DNA of 64,000 nucleotides. Origin: Camelus ferus. Its lineage: Eukaryota. The translations under genes and the position numbers were made by a program. The notes beneath the pieces are model-generated. The model was given only the letters and a program-made list of their open reading frames with translations. It ran no database searches and had not been told where the DNA came from. Each line of letters begins with the position of its first letter. Within the stretch, counting starts at the first letter, position 1. The stretch lies in the NCBI RefSeq assembly GCF_009834535.1, contig NC_045696.1, positions 3,102,001 through 3,166,000 on the forward strand, read 5' to 3'. Below, piece by piece: positions 1-23,200 of this stretch.

Positions 1-61
1 ATTTGAGGACACATGCTGGGAGCTGATGGTCATTTGAGGACACATGCTGGGAGCTGATGGT
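1..61. repeat. 31-bp tandem duplication (may extend beyond the window start)
   Basis: atttgaggacacatgctgggagctgatggt at 1 and at 32. Confidence 0.85.
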
Positions 62-2100
62 AGGAGAGAGCTACAAAGTCCCTTTTATCAGCTTATTTTG
101 TTGATTTGCCATTTTTCTCCTAAAAAAATGGAGTTTGATTCACTGCTTCCTCATCTTTAATATAACTTCTGTTAAGGGCTGGTTATGTGGCATAAAGTTA
201 AAAGAGGTTTTAAAACCAAATATACCCGCAAAGTTCCTGTGCATCACAGCGGCCCTCCTGCTGGCAGACGCAGGAGCCTCAGAGAGAGGCCGCGGGACCG
301 CCACGTCACGTGGGGGGCGCCGAAGTGGAGCCTGCCGCCTGCGGCCCGTGCTCTCCCTGCAAGCTGAGGGCAGAATCCCCTGCTGCCCGCGGCCCCTGCT
401 GTGCGGACGCCGCACTTACTGGATGTGTCACGCTGGAACACTCTCTACCTCTTTGTGCCTCAGCTCCTTCTCCTCTGAGGCGGGTCACTGAGTGCTCTGA
501 CCTGTGAGACACTGTCCCTGTGACAGAGATGAATCGGGCGGGTGCCCTTCTCCGGAGCTCGCTATCTAGTTGGGACAAAACTGCAGAGAACCTCAAGCCA
601 CAGAATCTAAAAACCCCCCTCAATGCTATAGGTTACATATTTTTTGGTTTAACAATTTAAAAACTCTTTAAGGGAAAAAAAGCATGCATTTTCTATGTTA
701 TGATTTTTATGAATCAAACACAAGGGAACCAATCAAAGGAATTGGAGTTGTCTTCACCAAACTGATCTTGCTTAATAAATGCGCATCGTTACATTTCCAT
801 TCTTCTGTTTAGGAAAACCATCAGGGTCCCTGCACTGAGACTCTGTACGCAGTGCAACAGATAAACAGGACTAAGCTGACGGGTTCCAGCACTGCCTAGA
901 GGTGATGGCCAGGGGCCTAGTGTGGACCAGAGCAGATCCCAGCCCAGTTCTTTTCTGTGTTGCATCTCAGCACTCAGATGGCGTGGGTGCCAGTCTTAGG
1001 AAACCTGAAACTACCAGCCTGGTTTACAACCTTCCTGACTCTCCTCTTTGTGAAGGGGGAGAGAAATGACTTGGTGAGCTCTCCTGACAACTGTATTTGG
1101 TCCACAACCACTTGGAGGCTTGTTCTAGCAGCTAGATCATCAAAAACCAGGCCTGGGGAGGAGAGCAAGCCATAAAAGCAAGCAGGCATGCCAGAGCCAC
1201 AGAGGAAGGGCCAGTGCCCAGAGCCGAGACAGGGCTTTGGGCGGGCGTCCCAGAGCAGGGAGCAACAAGGAATCAAAAAGGACACCTGAAACAGTGTTTT
1301 CTTAATAACTCAACAGAGTACAATCTTCTCACGTAGTGCCCCCTACCTCCTTCAAACTGGTATTAAACATTTCTACTCATTCTTTATCAAACTTTGATTG
1401 AGTCAAGATAATTTTGGTATGTCCTTAAGGTGAAATACCATTCAGTCTTTTAAAACACTTATGAAGAAGTTTGGACACGTTCACCACATGATAGTAAGTG
1501 GTACCAGCATGTGATCAATGAAACGACTCAGTTAAGCACAAATATATCCGTGTTCAAAAGCCCGGGAGGACCAGACGCCTGCACCGCCGTCCCTGGGAGG
1601 TGGCGTCATTGGTCATTTTCACTTTCTTCTTTATGCTCTACTGTAGGTTCCCAATTTGCCAAGGGCATTCACTAATTTTTAGTAATCCGAGCCTCGGCTC
1701 TGTGCTGGACTGCGGGGTCAAGGCCTGGGGGCGCTCAGGGAGGTTGATCTGAAAACGCAAGTCACAGCCGAGCAGGGAGATGCCCAGTGGAGGGGTCCGC
1801 AGCGGCTTGAAGCAGCTGGGAAAGGCGTCCCCAAGGAGGGGACACCAAGGGAAGGTACTGGTGCTAAAGAACTGTCCCCAGGTGGAGAACACGGGCACTG
1901 CAGTTCAGAGAGAACGCACACGGATCTGTGAGGGTGTCCTGGAGAAACAGGGTCTAAACAGTTAACAACAGCTAATGCAGGTGAAGAGTAAGCCTCTGGG
2001 AAAAGCGCTCACCCTCACAAATAATCAAGGAAATACAAAGAAAAGGCACTAGGAGATGTGGTTTTGCCCAACAAATTAGCAAAGAAGAAAAATGACTTAC

Positions 2101-2162
2101 CTCCGCTGAGGGGGCAGCAGCCCTCACCTGCCGGGGAGTGCGGGGCCTGGCCGGCCGGTGCT
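2101..2162 (-). other. Candidate 62-nt non-coding exon of the divergent (SLC37A1-like) transcript
   Basis: tgttgtttcag| acceptor and GAG|GTAAGT donor flank a GC-rich 62-nt segment. Confidence 0.3.
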
Positions 2163-2234
2163 CTGAAACAACACAGTGGGAGGGGGTATTCAGCGTTTTT
2201 TTTTAAAAACCCTTTTTAAAAAAACTTCATTACA

Positions 2235-2352
2235 TTTTTGGGAGGGAGGAGGTAATTGGTTTATTTATTTATTTTTAATGGAGGGACTGGGGATGGAACT
2301 CAGGACCCTGTGCATGCTGAGCACACACTACCACTGAGCTCTGCCCTCCCCC
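2235..2352 (-). mobile_element. Camelid-type tRNA-derived SINE
   Basis: Reverse complement reads ggggagggcagagctcagtggtag...tcctgagttccatccccagtccctccattaaaa plus A-rich tail. Confidence 0.75.
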
Positions 2353-3221
2353 TCCAAGGTGCTTAGTCTTAAGGCTCTGTGCCACTGGCCCAGGAACTCC
2401 TCACTCGACATAACTGAGCTACAGAGCTGGGTCTGAGACGCGGACAGAGACCTACGTGCTCAGATGTTCGTGGTGATTCTCTCCACTTCCTCATTCATCT
2501 CCTTCTGAGGGGAGCAGGTTCACAGGTGTTCACTGCATGAGTTTGCTCCATCACTGCCACACGTGAACGTGTATTCTTCATATGCATCAAATATTATATA
2601 ATCAATGACTTTTAAAAGTGAGTTAAATATACACATTACATCTACAGCACCTGGTGCTGCCAGAGTATTTTCAGGCTCATTATCTTATTTGACCCTTCTG
2701 ACTTCCTGCAAGGTGGGCAGGGTAAGCCTCATTCTGGGAGGGGTGGATGCTTCACTCAGCCTGCAGCCTTCTCCCCTGCTCCTTGCTCAAAGAAACAGAC
2801 CCATCCTTAGGCCCTGGAATGTGCGGCCCCTGTACCGTGTGATCTCCCACCATCACCACTGGCCACAGCAAGGTCATGGGTAATATCAAATGCAGAAACA
2901 ACCACTGGGGAGGAATGACATCCGTTTTAGAATGAAGGACTAACATGTAGTCATTATGTATCATAGTTTGGGGTAATTTTTTTAACAGCATGGATTAATG
3001 TCAAATTTGCCCCAGATGGGTCTATAATTTTCTCATTTCCTCAAAGCCCCCTAGTATATGATCCAGGGACCCAGTACACACTCAGCCATAGTTTTTTTTA
3101 ACTAATGTACTGAGAGAGCCCCTGGAAATGGAATCTGATTTAAGGAGAATAAAAAAAAAAAAAGATCATGAACTAGAAGGAAAAAAGAATGAAAAATGTA
3201 TATACTTTACCTCTTAAAAAA

Positions 3222-3425
3222 TATTTATTTATTAACAGAGGTACTGGGGATTGAACCCAGGACCTCATGCACGCTAAGCACGTGCTCTACCACTGTGCTG
3301 TACTATATCCCCCTACTTCATCTTTTTTTTAATTCTTCTTTTTTTTAATGGAGGTACTGGTGACTGAACCCAGGACCTCGCACACGCTAAGCATGAGCTC
3401 TACCACTGGGCTACACCCACCCTCC
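3222..3425 (-). mobile_element. Two tandem camelid-type tRNA-derived SINEs
   Basis: gaggtactgg..gaacccaggacctc..acgctaagca..ctctaccactg occurs twice (about 3238-3313 and 3350-3422). Confidence 0.8.
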
Positions 3426-4139
3426 TACTTTATTCTTTTTAAAATTTTCCAAATATTGCATAAAGTACAATTCTGTTGCAAACTGCTACTTAACACCACT
3501 ATGACAAGCTTACCTGGCTGAGTGGTTCCTACGTGCCAAGCACTGTACTGTGAGGAGGGGGAGGGGAGCAGAGCTTGCTGCCCAACACGAAATGCCTGTC
3601 TGCCCAAGTGCCTGACGTCGCTTGTCTCCACCCGGCTGACTCCACTAACCTGTCTACCCACTGGTTGTGGTGAATACTGAATAATCCCACTACCTGGGTG
3701 GAAAAGAATTTGTTTTCCTTTCCTGACAAAAGCATTCTCAGTATCCTTCCATTAAACTGTGTAACTCAGGCAGGTGTGCAGGGGTGTGTCCTTGTGTGTG
3801 TGTCTATTTCTTCCTCACTGGTTGCTACTTTTAAATGGGACACAACCTCAATTAAAAAGAGCTTCTTACACCTAAGAATCTACTTGTCTGTATATTTCTA
3901 GAAACTTCTGTCTCTCCCCACCCTCATGTGTATTAGTGCTAATGAATATAAACATTAAACAAAATCAGTTTCTCACAGACTAACTTCCAGTCGTCACAAT
4001 TACCTGTCTGAACTATCTTTGGCAGTTGATCCTCTTCAGGAAGACACAACAGGAAATGATTAAGATAAACTGGAGTCAAAACTTCCCCAAAGACCTATTG
4101 ATAGACAAAACGTGTTTGGTTATTCTATGAACAACAGCA

Positions 4140-4410
4140 TAATTATTAATAATAATAGCTAACATTTACCAAGTGCTGAGTAACAACAACATAATCATTA
4201 ATGATGATTGTTAACATTTACCATGTGCCTTATTGTATGCTAGGCATGTGCTAAGCTCATTATAAACATCTTATTTAAACGTCACCACAGCCCTAAAAGG
4301 GCAGTTAACTAAAACCTCCATTTTACAGATGGACAAACTAGCTTCAGAAAGAAGCAAACAGAGGTAGGATTTCAAATCTGAATCTTACTCTTACCTACTA
4401 AATGCCATAA
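4140..4410. mobile_element. MIR SINE (other MIR remnants near 6040-6270, 6960-7150, 37470-37587, 55220-55380 and 56100-56290)
   Basis: aataatagctaacattta..ctccattttacagatgga.aaact core. Confidence 0.55.
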
Positions 4411-4467
4411 AACCTCTATTTTTAAAAAAGAAGTTGGGGTGGGTGGGAGAGAGGGCAGGGTAGGGTA

Positions 4468-4565
4468 GGGACGGTATATAGCTCAGGGGTAGAACATGTG
4501 CTTCACATGCAGAAGGTCCTGGGTTCAACTCTCAATATCTCCATTTAATAAATAAATAAATAAAT
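4468..4565 (+). mobile_element. Camelid-type tRNA-derived SINE
   Basis: tatagctcaggggtaga (A box) ... ggtcctgggttcaa (B box) ... (taaa)n tail. Confidence 0.75.
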
Positions 4566-4799
4566 GGCAATTCCTGTGTTTTTACATCAATCTATATCTA
4601 CACATCTGTTAGTATACGTTTATATATGTGCATATACGTAACAGTTCAATTTGTAAGAATACAGTAGTTTAGTAAATAGCCTCACATTTCTACAGTTAAG
4701 ATGCGCTTGAATTCATTTTGGTCAAGGTCTGCTTTTGTTCTGAATAGTTGCTACAAACTGAAAAACAACAACAACTCTATTTTCATTTTCCTGAATTGC

Positions 4800-5530
4800 C
4801 TCAGTTCTTACGGCCTCTTCTCTGCGTTGTCTTGGATGGTCCAGACAGCGCGGGCTCAGGGACTCAGCCAGTCGCCATGGCAACTGCCAGGCAGCCCAGA
4901 CCCAGCTTGGAAGTGGTCAGAAAGGTGTGGAAGGCAGGCAGCGGCCCCAGGGGGCTCCGAGACGCTTTCCCCGCCCGGCGTCCCACCGTGGACACAAGAG
5001 ACACCCTGCCGCGCCTCTGCGCAGAACCACGGCCAGCCCCTGACTGCGTTTCCTTTACTCGTTCTTTTTGTTGGGGGAGGGGAAGAGAGGTGGGTCTCTC
5101 TAATTTATATTTAAAAGACGTAAAAAAAAAAATTTCTTACTGGAGGAAGGCAGCGCGAGGGAACCGTGGCCCCTCACCTTCTCCCCTCAGCCTCGCCCCT
5201 CCCTTCTCCCCGCTGGGCTTACCTGCGCAGGCTCCTTGCTGGGGGATGATGGGAAACCGCCCCTGGGGGATGATGGGAAACCCCTCCAAGGGGGATGATG
5301 GGAAGGGCCAGCTGGTGGATTATGGGAAGTGCCTCCTTGGCAAGGGTAAGAGGTAGGAGAGGAATTTCTCTTTTGTCCAGGGAAGAAACCCCGTCCTAGT
5401 GATGGCCTCACCTTTTTGCCTCTCACTTACCCCAATAAAATAAGAGGATGAGCTATGCGAACATTTTGCAGGCCTTCGGAGCTTGAAAGCCCTGCTTCTG
5501 TGGGCACCAAGCACTTCCGGGTCACCTGAG
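4800..5530 (-). promoter_or_regulatory. CpG-enriched divergent promoter and candidate non-coding first exon (3' end 5223), probably an upstream SLC37A1 promoter
   Basis: ETS motif CCGGAAGTG on - at 5512-5520; strong donor CAG|GTAAGC on - at 5221-5222; X-box GTCGCCATGGCAAC at 4871-4884. Gene assignment rests on synteny only. Confidence 0.5.
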
Positions 5531-7380
5531 GGTTAGGGGTCAGGGGGTCTGGGGATGACAGCCGTCAAACTGGCCTAATGAAGTCTTTCTGGGACTACCC
5601 AGGTCTCTCACGAGAGTGAGTGAGGCTCTCTGCCCAACCTGAGCCCGGGAGCAGCCTCCTTCTGGAAGGAGGAGTTTGGAATCTGGGCTATTTGCTGCTG
5701 CGGGAGCTGGGAGGCCAGTCCTGCTGTTCTGGACGCCTGGTCTGGTCTTGTCTGGACAATTGCTAAACCTGCAGTGTAGTGAAATTACTATAGATTGACT
5801 GACAGAGTTTTTTGGGGAACTCTGACTAATTTGCATAAGACGTAAATCAAATTGTAAATTTTAAGATTCAGTAGCTCAGTGGGTAGGCACCCAGCTGCTT
5901 ATGACGTGATCCAGAACACGGTGTGCTTAAATCACTTTCTGGTTTTTTCAGTTGAAGCCTCTTTGAGCCAGTGGTTCTCTGTTTAGTAGATGGTTAAGGT
6001 CACTCCCAGAAAACCATAGTTATTCATTTAAATTAGCGGTCTGGGAGGCAGTAGGGTGGAATGATTAACAGCAATAGCTCTTGAGTCGGGTGGCATAGTT
6101 TGAATCTCTGGTTGTATGATTCCGAGCAATGTCTTTACCTCTCTGTGGTTCCTGTTCCTTAGCTGTACAATGGAGAAATGACAGTGAGGACTTAATAAGA
6201 TAATTCATATAAAATTCTACAAACACTGCAGAGAGTCAGGACTTAACAGACATTAGTTACTGTCATTGTGAACATTTGAAAGTTGAATTTATGACGTTTA
6301 CTTTTATGTGCAAAAAGCTGGTATTTATTTGTGTATTCTTGATTATATTCCAGATTTCTAATATTTAAAAATATTTTGAGATTTTATTATAAAAAAAAAC
6401 ATGCTCAATTGTAGTAGATGTGGCAACTGTCAAGTATAAAGAAGAAAATAACCATCATCTATTCTAAAGTCCCAACTTTTTCCCCACTAAGAAAAACTGT
6501 TAATTGTGGGGGGTGTTTATGACCTTCTTATCTTTGCAACTAACTAACAATACTGATTGTCTGGTCTTGTGTGTTGATTCACTTGTACATTGTTTCTTTG
6601 TTCAGTGAGTGATGGGTTAATGGGTTTGAGCCTGAGATTCGGTTAAGATTGCAACCTTCTGTTATGTTATTGGTTCTGAGGGAAAGGTACACAGGGTGTG
6701 TGTGTTCTGGAAGACCTGTGGGTTATTCACCTCTTCACCTCATGGATTTGGTCTCCATATGCTACCAGCAAGATGAAACTCTTGTGTTTACTCAGTCCCT
6801 GCTACCCTCCTCCAGCTCCTTCCCCACCCCAACGTCACACAATACACCTTGAGGTCAGTGTGAGGAGAACTTTCTATTAATAATATGTAACTTCTTTGTA
6901 ATATCTTTGTTGTTAGCATTATGTAGCTATCACACACACACACACACAAAAACAGTACATTAATAAAATATCATCTTTGATCCCAAGGGCAGCTCTTTGA
7001 GATTGTAAGGGTTTATTCCCCTCAGTTTACAGAATAGGAAACTGAGGCTCAGAGGGCAGGTGAGTTGCCTGAGGTCACCAAAGCTAGTAGACCATGGGAA
7101 TTTGAACTTGGGGATTCTGGCTCTAAATGAGTAATATTTCCAGCAAACAATGATGACTTTAAGAACTATTTTCCCTCCATTTAGATCAATTTTTAAAAAT
7201 ACTTCAATATTGGATTTAAATAAATAAAATGATTAGGTTATTACTGTTGAGGGTATTAAATCTCAAAAGCAACTAACAGCACCATGCAATATTCAGATTT
7301 AAAATGAAACACACTTATTTGTATAACTTGCAAAAACATGTTGGGAATTGAATATACAAGTGTATAATGGTCAAACCATC

Positions 7381-7892
7381 TATAAAAATAGAACTCGGAT
7401 CCACAACTCGCAGCCACAAGCCCAGGAAACCAACTCATTATCTACAACAACCAGCCGAGGAAGCCAGACTCCTGTAGGTCAGACTTGTAGAAAGTCAGGT
7501 TGCTGTCCCTAGTAGCTGATCCAGGAACAAACAACAACCCCTATAACAACTGGCGTCAAATGGCCAGGACTTAATTAATAACAGAGTTTCCTTTTGTCCC
7601 CACTTCCAACTTAGGACCCAGTCAGAGGAAGCTGAATTTTCATCCTAACCAATCACATAAGATGCCTGCTTCCAGTGAGTCCTCCTACAGCCTCCTTACG
7701 CCCACAGCCTCCAGTCAGGGCCCACATGAACCCTTTCCTTTTGTCTATTGTAAAGCTTCCCCACTCTTCTGCCTGCCTTTGAGTCTCTGCCAAAATGCAA
7801 GTGATGGTGGCTGACTCCTGTGCTGTTGCAAGCCCTGAATGAGTAGTCTTTGCTTGTTCTTATTGGGTGTTCTTTGTTTATTTCTGCATACA
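7381..7892 (+). mobile_element. ERV1-like solo LTR (MER34/MER39-like)
   Basis: ccaatc box, tgagtctctgccaaaatgcaagtgatggtggctgactcc, ends ...tttatttctgcataca. Confidence 0.55.
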
Positions 7893-9794
7893 AAATAGAG
7901 ACTCTTTTAAGTAAAAATGATAAAGGAAGAACGTTTTTACAACTCATCAGGGATCTGAAGGCCCGTATAGACTGGATTTCAGTGGCTTGGTTGAGCATCC
8001 ACTGGGTGCAAAACACTTTTCTAGGTGCTGTGGGGAGAGACAAAGATGAGGGTGGCATGGCTCCTGAGTATCCGGGAATCAGACAGCCACCCAGGTGATG
8101 ATTACAGGAGACAGAACTTGGCTCAAGGTATATGGGAATTAAGGGAGAGACAGTGAGTGCAGCTGACTTGAAGGATCACTAGAAGCTGCAGGAAGGAGGT
8201 GTCCGATATTTAGAGTGAAAAAAAAAAAACACTGCACAGAAATATGGTTAATGTATACTAATAAAACAAAAACCAGTTAAAATTAAATTTAACATTTTGT
8301 CACTCACCTTTAAAATAGATGGATGGATTATAGACAAAATAGATGATACACAGAGCTGAGTCCTTTTCTCTTTCTTCCAGCCCATTCCCCTCTCCCTCCC
8401 CGAGGGCGTCCCTATCCAGAATTTGAAGCTTTTTCTGGGAGTGGTCCCTTGGCCAGTCTTTGAAAAATGGCTGTGCTTTTTGATAGGCAGGGATGGGGGA
8501 AGGAAGACATTCCAGGAAGAGAGTATGGCACAGGCAAAGGCATAGAAGTGGGGAAGTGAGGGTTGTATCTGGGGGAAGTACCTGGGGTTTATTTTGTCTG
8601 AAGCACGTGACAAGTAGAGGTTGGGGATGGTGGGCCATGCGGCTGAGAAGACGACTTGGGCTGTGAACATGGAGAGACTGAATGCCAGTGAGCAAGTCTG
8701 GGCTGCATTTGGGTTTCTGAGTAGAGGGAGTGTGAGGTGCTGACTGCCAAAGGCTGGAGACGAGAGGTTGAATTAGAGGCTATGGCCAGAGTTTACAGGG
8801 GTAGTAAGAAGGCCTAGGTCGGTGGTGGTGACAGAGGAATTGGGAAGGAGATCATGAGGGGCCCTGGGCAGGCAGAGTATCAGATGACTAGAGGGAAGCC
8901 AGGAGGAGGGGCCCATTAACGAGAGGGAGTGAGTGTGAATGCGCAGGTAAGTGTGCGCGCGCCTGTGACTCTATTGGAGTGCGTGAGGGAGTGAAGCTCC
9001 ATATGGGACCCGAAGGGGCTAGACTCACATCCAGGGTAGAGGAGGGATGTCAAACCCTGAAGGGCATCAGGGTAGACCCGCATCTGCTAAGTGGTCAGAG
9101 CTGACTCCTTGAGTCAGGAGATGTTTATAAACACGACAGAAGATCTCGAAGAGCACATCTATGTGGACTGCCAACACCAAAGGATCAGAAGGGCCAAGAA
9201 AGGTGAGGAGAAGCAGGCAGGTCCCGAGGGACACGAGAAGCAGAGGGCTGGGGCTGGAAAGGGATGGTGCACAGCTCCGGGCAGGGGTGAAACCCTTATG
9301 AGAGCTAGCTCAACGCGCTTCCTGCACCCTTCCTCTTTAGGCCTCTGATCCAAAGGTGGCGTCTAGTTGCAGGATCACCCAGCTGCCGGTTAAAAGGGCC
9401 AGCCACGTGGCGTCCAGTTTAGGGAGCAGGTGAGTTCTCGATGCTCCTCAGGCCCCGCCCCCTCCCTCCTCCTGGGTAACGATTGGCCAAGACGCCCCTT
9501 ACCGTTGCTATGACAGCAGCGAAGGGAGCCAGTGGCTCCTCCCCATCCCTTCCTGCCCCGGGTCCCACCCCTCTCTTCCCAGGCAGCGATTGGCGGATGC
9601 GTCCCGTTGCTATGACAGTATCCGAAGGTTAACAGTAGCTCCTTCCTGCTCCTTCCCTCTCCTCCCTCCACACCAGGAGAGGGGCGGGGCTGGCCGCGTG
9701 TCCATGGCGACGGCGGACGCGGCGGTGCAGGCTGCTGGTACCTACCTGCTAGAGAGGCGCAGGCAGCGGCGGAGATCCCGACTGGGGCGGGGCC

Positions 9795-20264
<10,470 letters not shown>

Positions 20265-20387
20265 GATGAAGAAGCCAAAACGCGAGGAGAGTGTGTGAGG
20301 AAGGCATGTCTGTTGCCAGGGCAGCTGGTATGAATCTGTTACTAGCCTTTCTTACTTAGTTGTTTGTTAAAATGTTTTACGACTGCA

Positions 20388-20393
20388 AATAAA
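20388..20393 (+). terminator. RSPH1: RSPH1 polyadenylation signal AATAAA
   Basis: AATAAA about 125 nt after the stop, followed by T/GT-rich sequence (tctttgtttgtg). Confidence 0.75.
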
Positions 20394-20894
20394 TGTCTTC
20401 ATTATCTTTTGTTTGTGAATAGCCTCTGTTCAAATCCCGTAAGGGCTGCCAGGTTATTTTGCCATGTTTTTTGGTGGAGTTTTCTGGGTTAAAGAAAAAT
20501 GTCACACGACTGAAGCTCTGCAGAGGATGGCCGATGGAAATGGATTCCGGCTGCGTTAGTTGAGTGACTACATTCTGAAGTTCCTCGCTCGAGTCTCCTT
20601 CCAGAGAGCTTGGAAAACACCTAGAAGATAAGGATTCCTGTGCGCGACTCTCACCAAACACACTGTGAGAAATACGTTTCAGGCCCAGGTCAGAAACCAC
20701 CAGCAGCTGCTGGAGGAGGCATCTCCGTCCATCCTGTGCCTTCAGCGTCCCAGGGTGGACGTGGGGCTGCCAGCCAGGGGTCCCTGCAATGGCTGAGGGC
20801 CGGGCTGCCCACAGGTCTGTCACTGGCCTGTGTGTACACTGTTCAGATCTCTGGGGGCTGGGGGCTAACGCCTAGGTCACAGTCAGGTCCTTTG

Positions 20895-22225
20895 CAGGTG
20901 CACCTTTGTTCATTGTGCTTGGCTTCATCGTACTTTGCAGACAACTGCATTTTTCATAAATGGAAGGTTTGGGGCAACCCTGCATCGAGCAAGGCTGTCG
21001 GCTCCGTTTTATCCAACGGCGTTTGCTCACTTCGTCTCTGAGTCACATTTTGGTAATACTCACAGTATTTCCAACTTTTTCGTGACTTTTCTATTTGTGG
21101 CGGTGATCTGTGATCTGTGATCTTTGATGTGACTGTTGCCATTGTTTTGGGGCCACCATGAACTGCACCCATGTAAGATGAAAATTTAATAGATCAGTGT
21201 CATGTGTTCTGACTGCTCCACCCACCAACCGTTCCCACATCTCTCTCCCTCTCCTCCGGCCTCCCCATTGCCTGAGACACAACAATGTTGAAATTAGGTC
21301 ACTTAATAACCCTACAATGGCCCCTAAGTGTTCAAGTGACAAAAGAGTCACTCGCCTCTCACTTTGAATCAAAAACTAGAAATGACTAAAGTCAGTGAGG
21401 AAGGCTTGTAGAAAGCTGAAATTTCTCAGGCCAAAATCTAGGCCTCTTGCGTCCAGCAGCTAGCCAAGCCGTGAATGAGAAGGAGAAGTTCCCGCAGGAA
21501 ATGAAAGCACTGCTCTAGTGGCCACACGGAGGATGAGAAGGCAAAGCAAGCTGATTGCTGGCGAGAGAAAGCGTCAGAGTCTGGACAGAAGGTCAACCAG
21601 CAGCAGCACTTCCTTAAGTCAAAGCCTCGTCCAGAGCAAGGCCCAACTCTCCTCGATTCGAAGAAGGCTGAGAGAGGTGAGGAAGCTGCAGAAGAGATAT
21701 CTGAAGCGTGCAGGGGTTGGTTCCTGAGGCCGAAGGAAAGAAACCATCTCCGTGACATCGAAGCACAAGGTGAGGCAGCAGGTGCTGATGTGGAAGTTGC
21801 AGCAAATTATCCAGAAGCTCCAGCTCAGGCCATTCACGGAGGCGGCTGCACTGAACAACACGTTCTCAGAGCAGATGAAACAGCCTTGCACTGGAAGAAG
21901 ACGCCATCTTGAGGTTTCATAGCTGGAGAGGAGAAGTCAGTGCCTGGCTTCAAAGCTTCAAAGGACAGGCTGACTCTTTCATTAGGGGCCAGTGCAGCTG
22001 GTGACTTAAAGCCAATGCTCATTTACTGTTTCGAACATCCTAGGGCCCTTAAGAAAGATGCTAAATCTACTCTGCCTGTGCCCTAGAAATGGAACAAAGC
22101 CTGGATGACGGTGTATCTGTTGGTAACATAGTTGACTGAAAATTTTAAGCCCACTGTTGAGATCTGCTGCTCAGAAAAAGATTCCTCTCAAACTGTTACT
22201 GCTTATTAACAAATGCCCCTAGGGT
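20895..22225 (+). mobile_element. Tigger1 DNA transposon, 5' part with degenerate transposase
   Basis: Recognisable Tigger1 sequence (ggcaaccctgcatcgagcaag; aataaccctacaatggc; gatgaaacagcctt..tggaagaag; aaggacaggctgactct). Confidence 0.85.
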
Positions 22226-22391
22226 ACCTTGCAGACCGGAGCCTAAGCACCCCTCTTCTCCCCTTTGCACATGCTGAACCCTCTGCCTGGAACCTTGGTT
22301 CCCCAGCGCCCCCAGCACATCCATGCGTGCCCCTAGCCACCCGTGTTAGGAAACACTCCGCCTACCTCCTGTGTCTCTCCTGTGCTCCCCC

Positions 22392-23200
22392 ATGACTGCC
22401 GCACTCGCAACACTCCTGATACGGATGGATGGGGATTTTCCCCCACATCAAGCACCTCTGTGACACCAGCTGGGTGTCCTACAATTTAACCCAATTCTGA
22501 CACTAGCCATCTGGAGATAGCGTCAGATCCCACTGGCTGAAGCCTCAGTCCCACGAGACTGCCCCCTACTTCAATGCCAATGACATGCAGCAGGTCCCCA
22601 GGTGACCTACAACTTCTGTCGGACTTGTCTGCAAATCAGAGGTTGCCGGGAACTCCTCCCTTTTGGATGCAATTTTTTTTGCAAGAACAGCTCACAGAAC
22701 TAAGGGAAGCACTCACAGTTCACAGTTTATGAAAGATGTTATAAGGGAAACGGAGAAACACTCAGATGAAGAGATGCAGAGGGTGAGGTCTGGGAGGGTC
22801 CTGAGTGCAGGGTCTTCAGTGCCCATGGACCTGGGGTGCGTCACCCTCCAGGCACTTGGATGCATCCACCACCCTGGAAGCTCTCCAAACCTCATACTGT
22901 TGGGACTTTGTGGCAGTTTCCTCACCTAGGCACGACCAATTATTAACTCCATTTCCAGCCCTTCTCCCGTCTCTGGAAAATGGCGGGGGGTGGGAGCTAA
23001 AAAATTCCAAGCTTCTGATCACGGTTTGGTCTTTCTGTTGACCAGCCCCCATCCAGGAACCTCCCCCTCCTCCACCAGAGTCACCTCATTAAAAGACCCT
23101 CCCGCCACCCAGGAAATGCCAAGGGACTTAGGAGCTCAGTGTCAGAAACCAGGGTCAAAGGCCAAATACTAGAACAAAAGGCGCCCCCAGTTGCCTTACC
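22392..23200. mobile_element. MER21-family LTR
   Basis: gacaccagctgggtgtcctacaatttaa..caattctgacact..ctggagatagcgtcagatcccac. Confidence 0.7.

Noticed and set aside
4468..4545. tRNA-like A and B boxes (also at 2.3 kb and 3.2-3.4 kb)
   Set aside because: Degenerate, with A-rich tails and multiple dispersed copies: SINEs, not tRNA genes.
4701..5356. 137-aa and 202-aa + strand ORFs
   Set aside because: GC-rich promoter-like region with tandem repeats; no recognisable protein or splice support.
1..9000. SLC37A1 coding exons
   Set aside because: No MFS transporter coding sequence recognised; the coding part presumably lies beyond the window start.
21316..22225. Domesticated TIGD1-like transposase gene
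   Set aside because: This Tigger1 copy is truncated and full of stops and frameshifts; no long ORF in the transposase frame.
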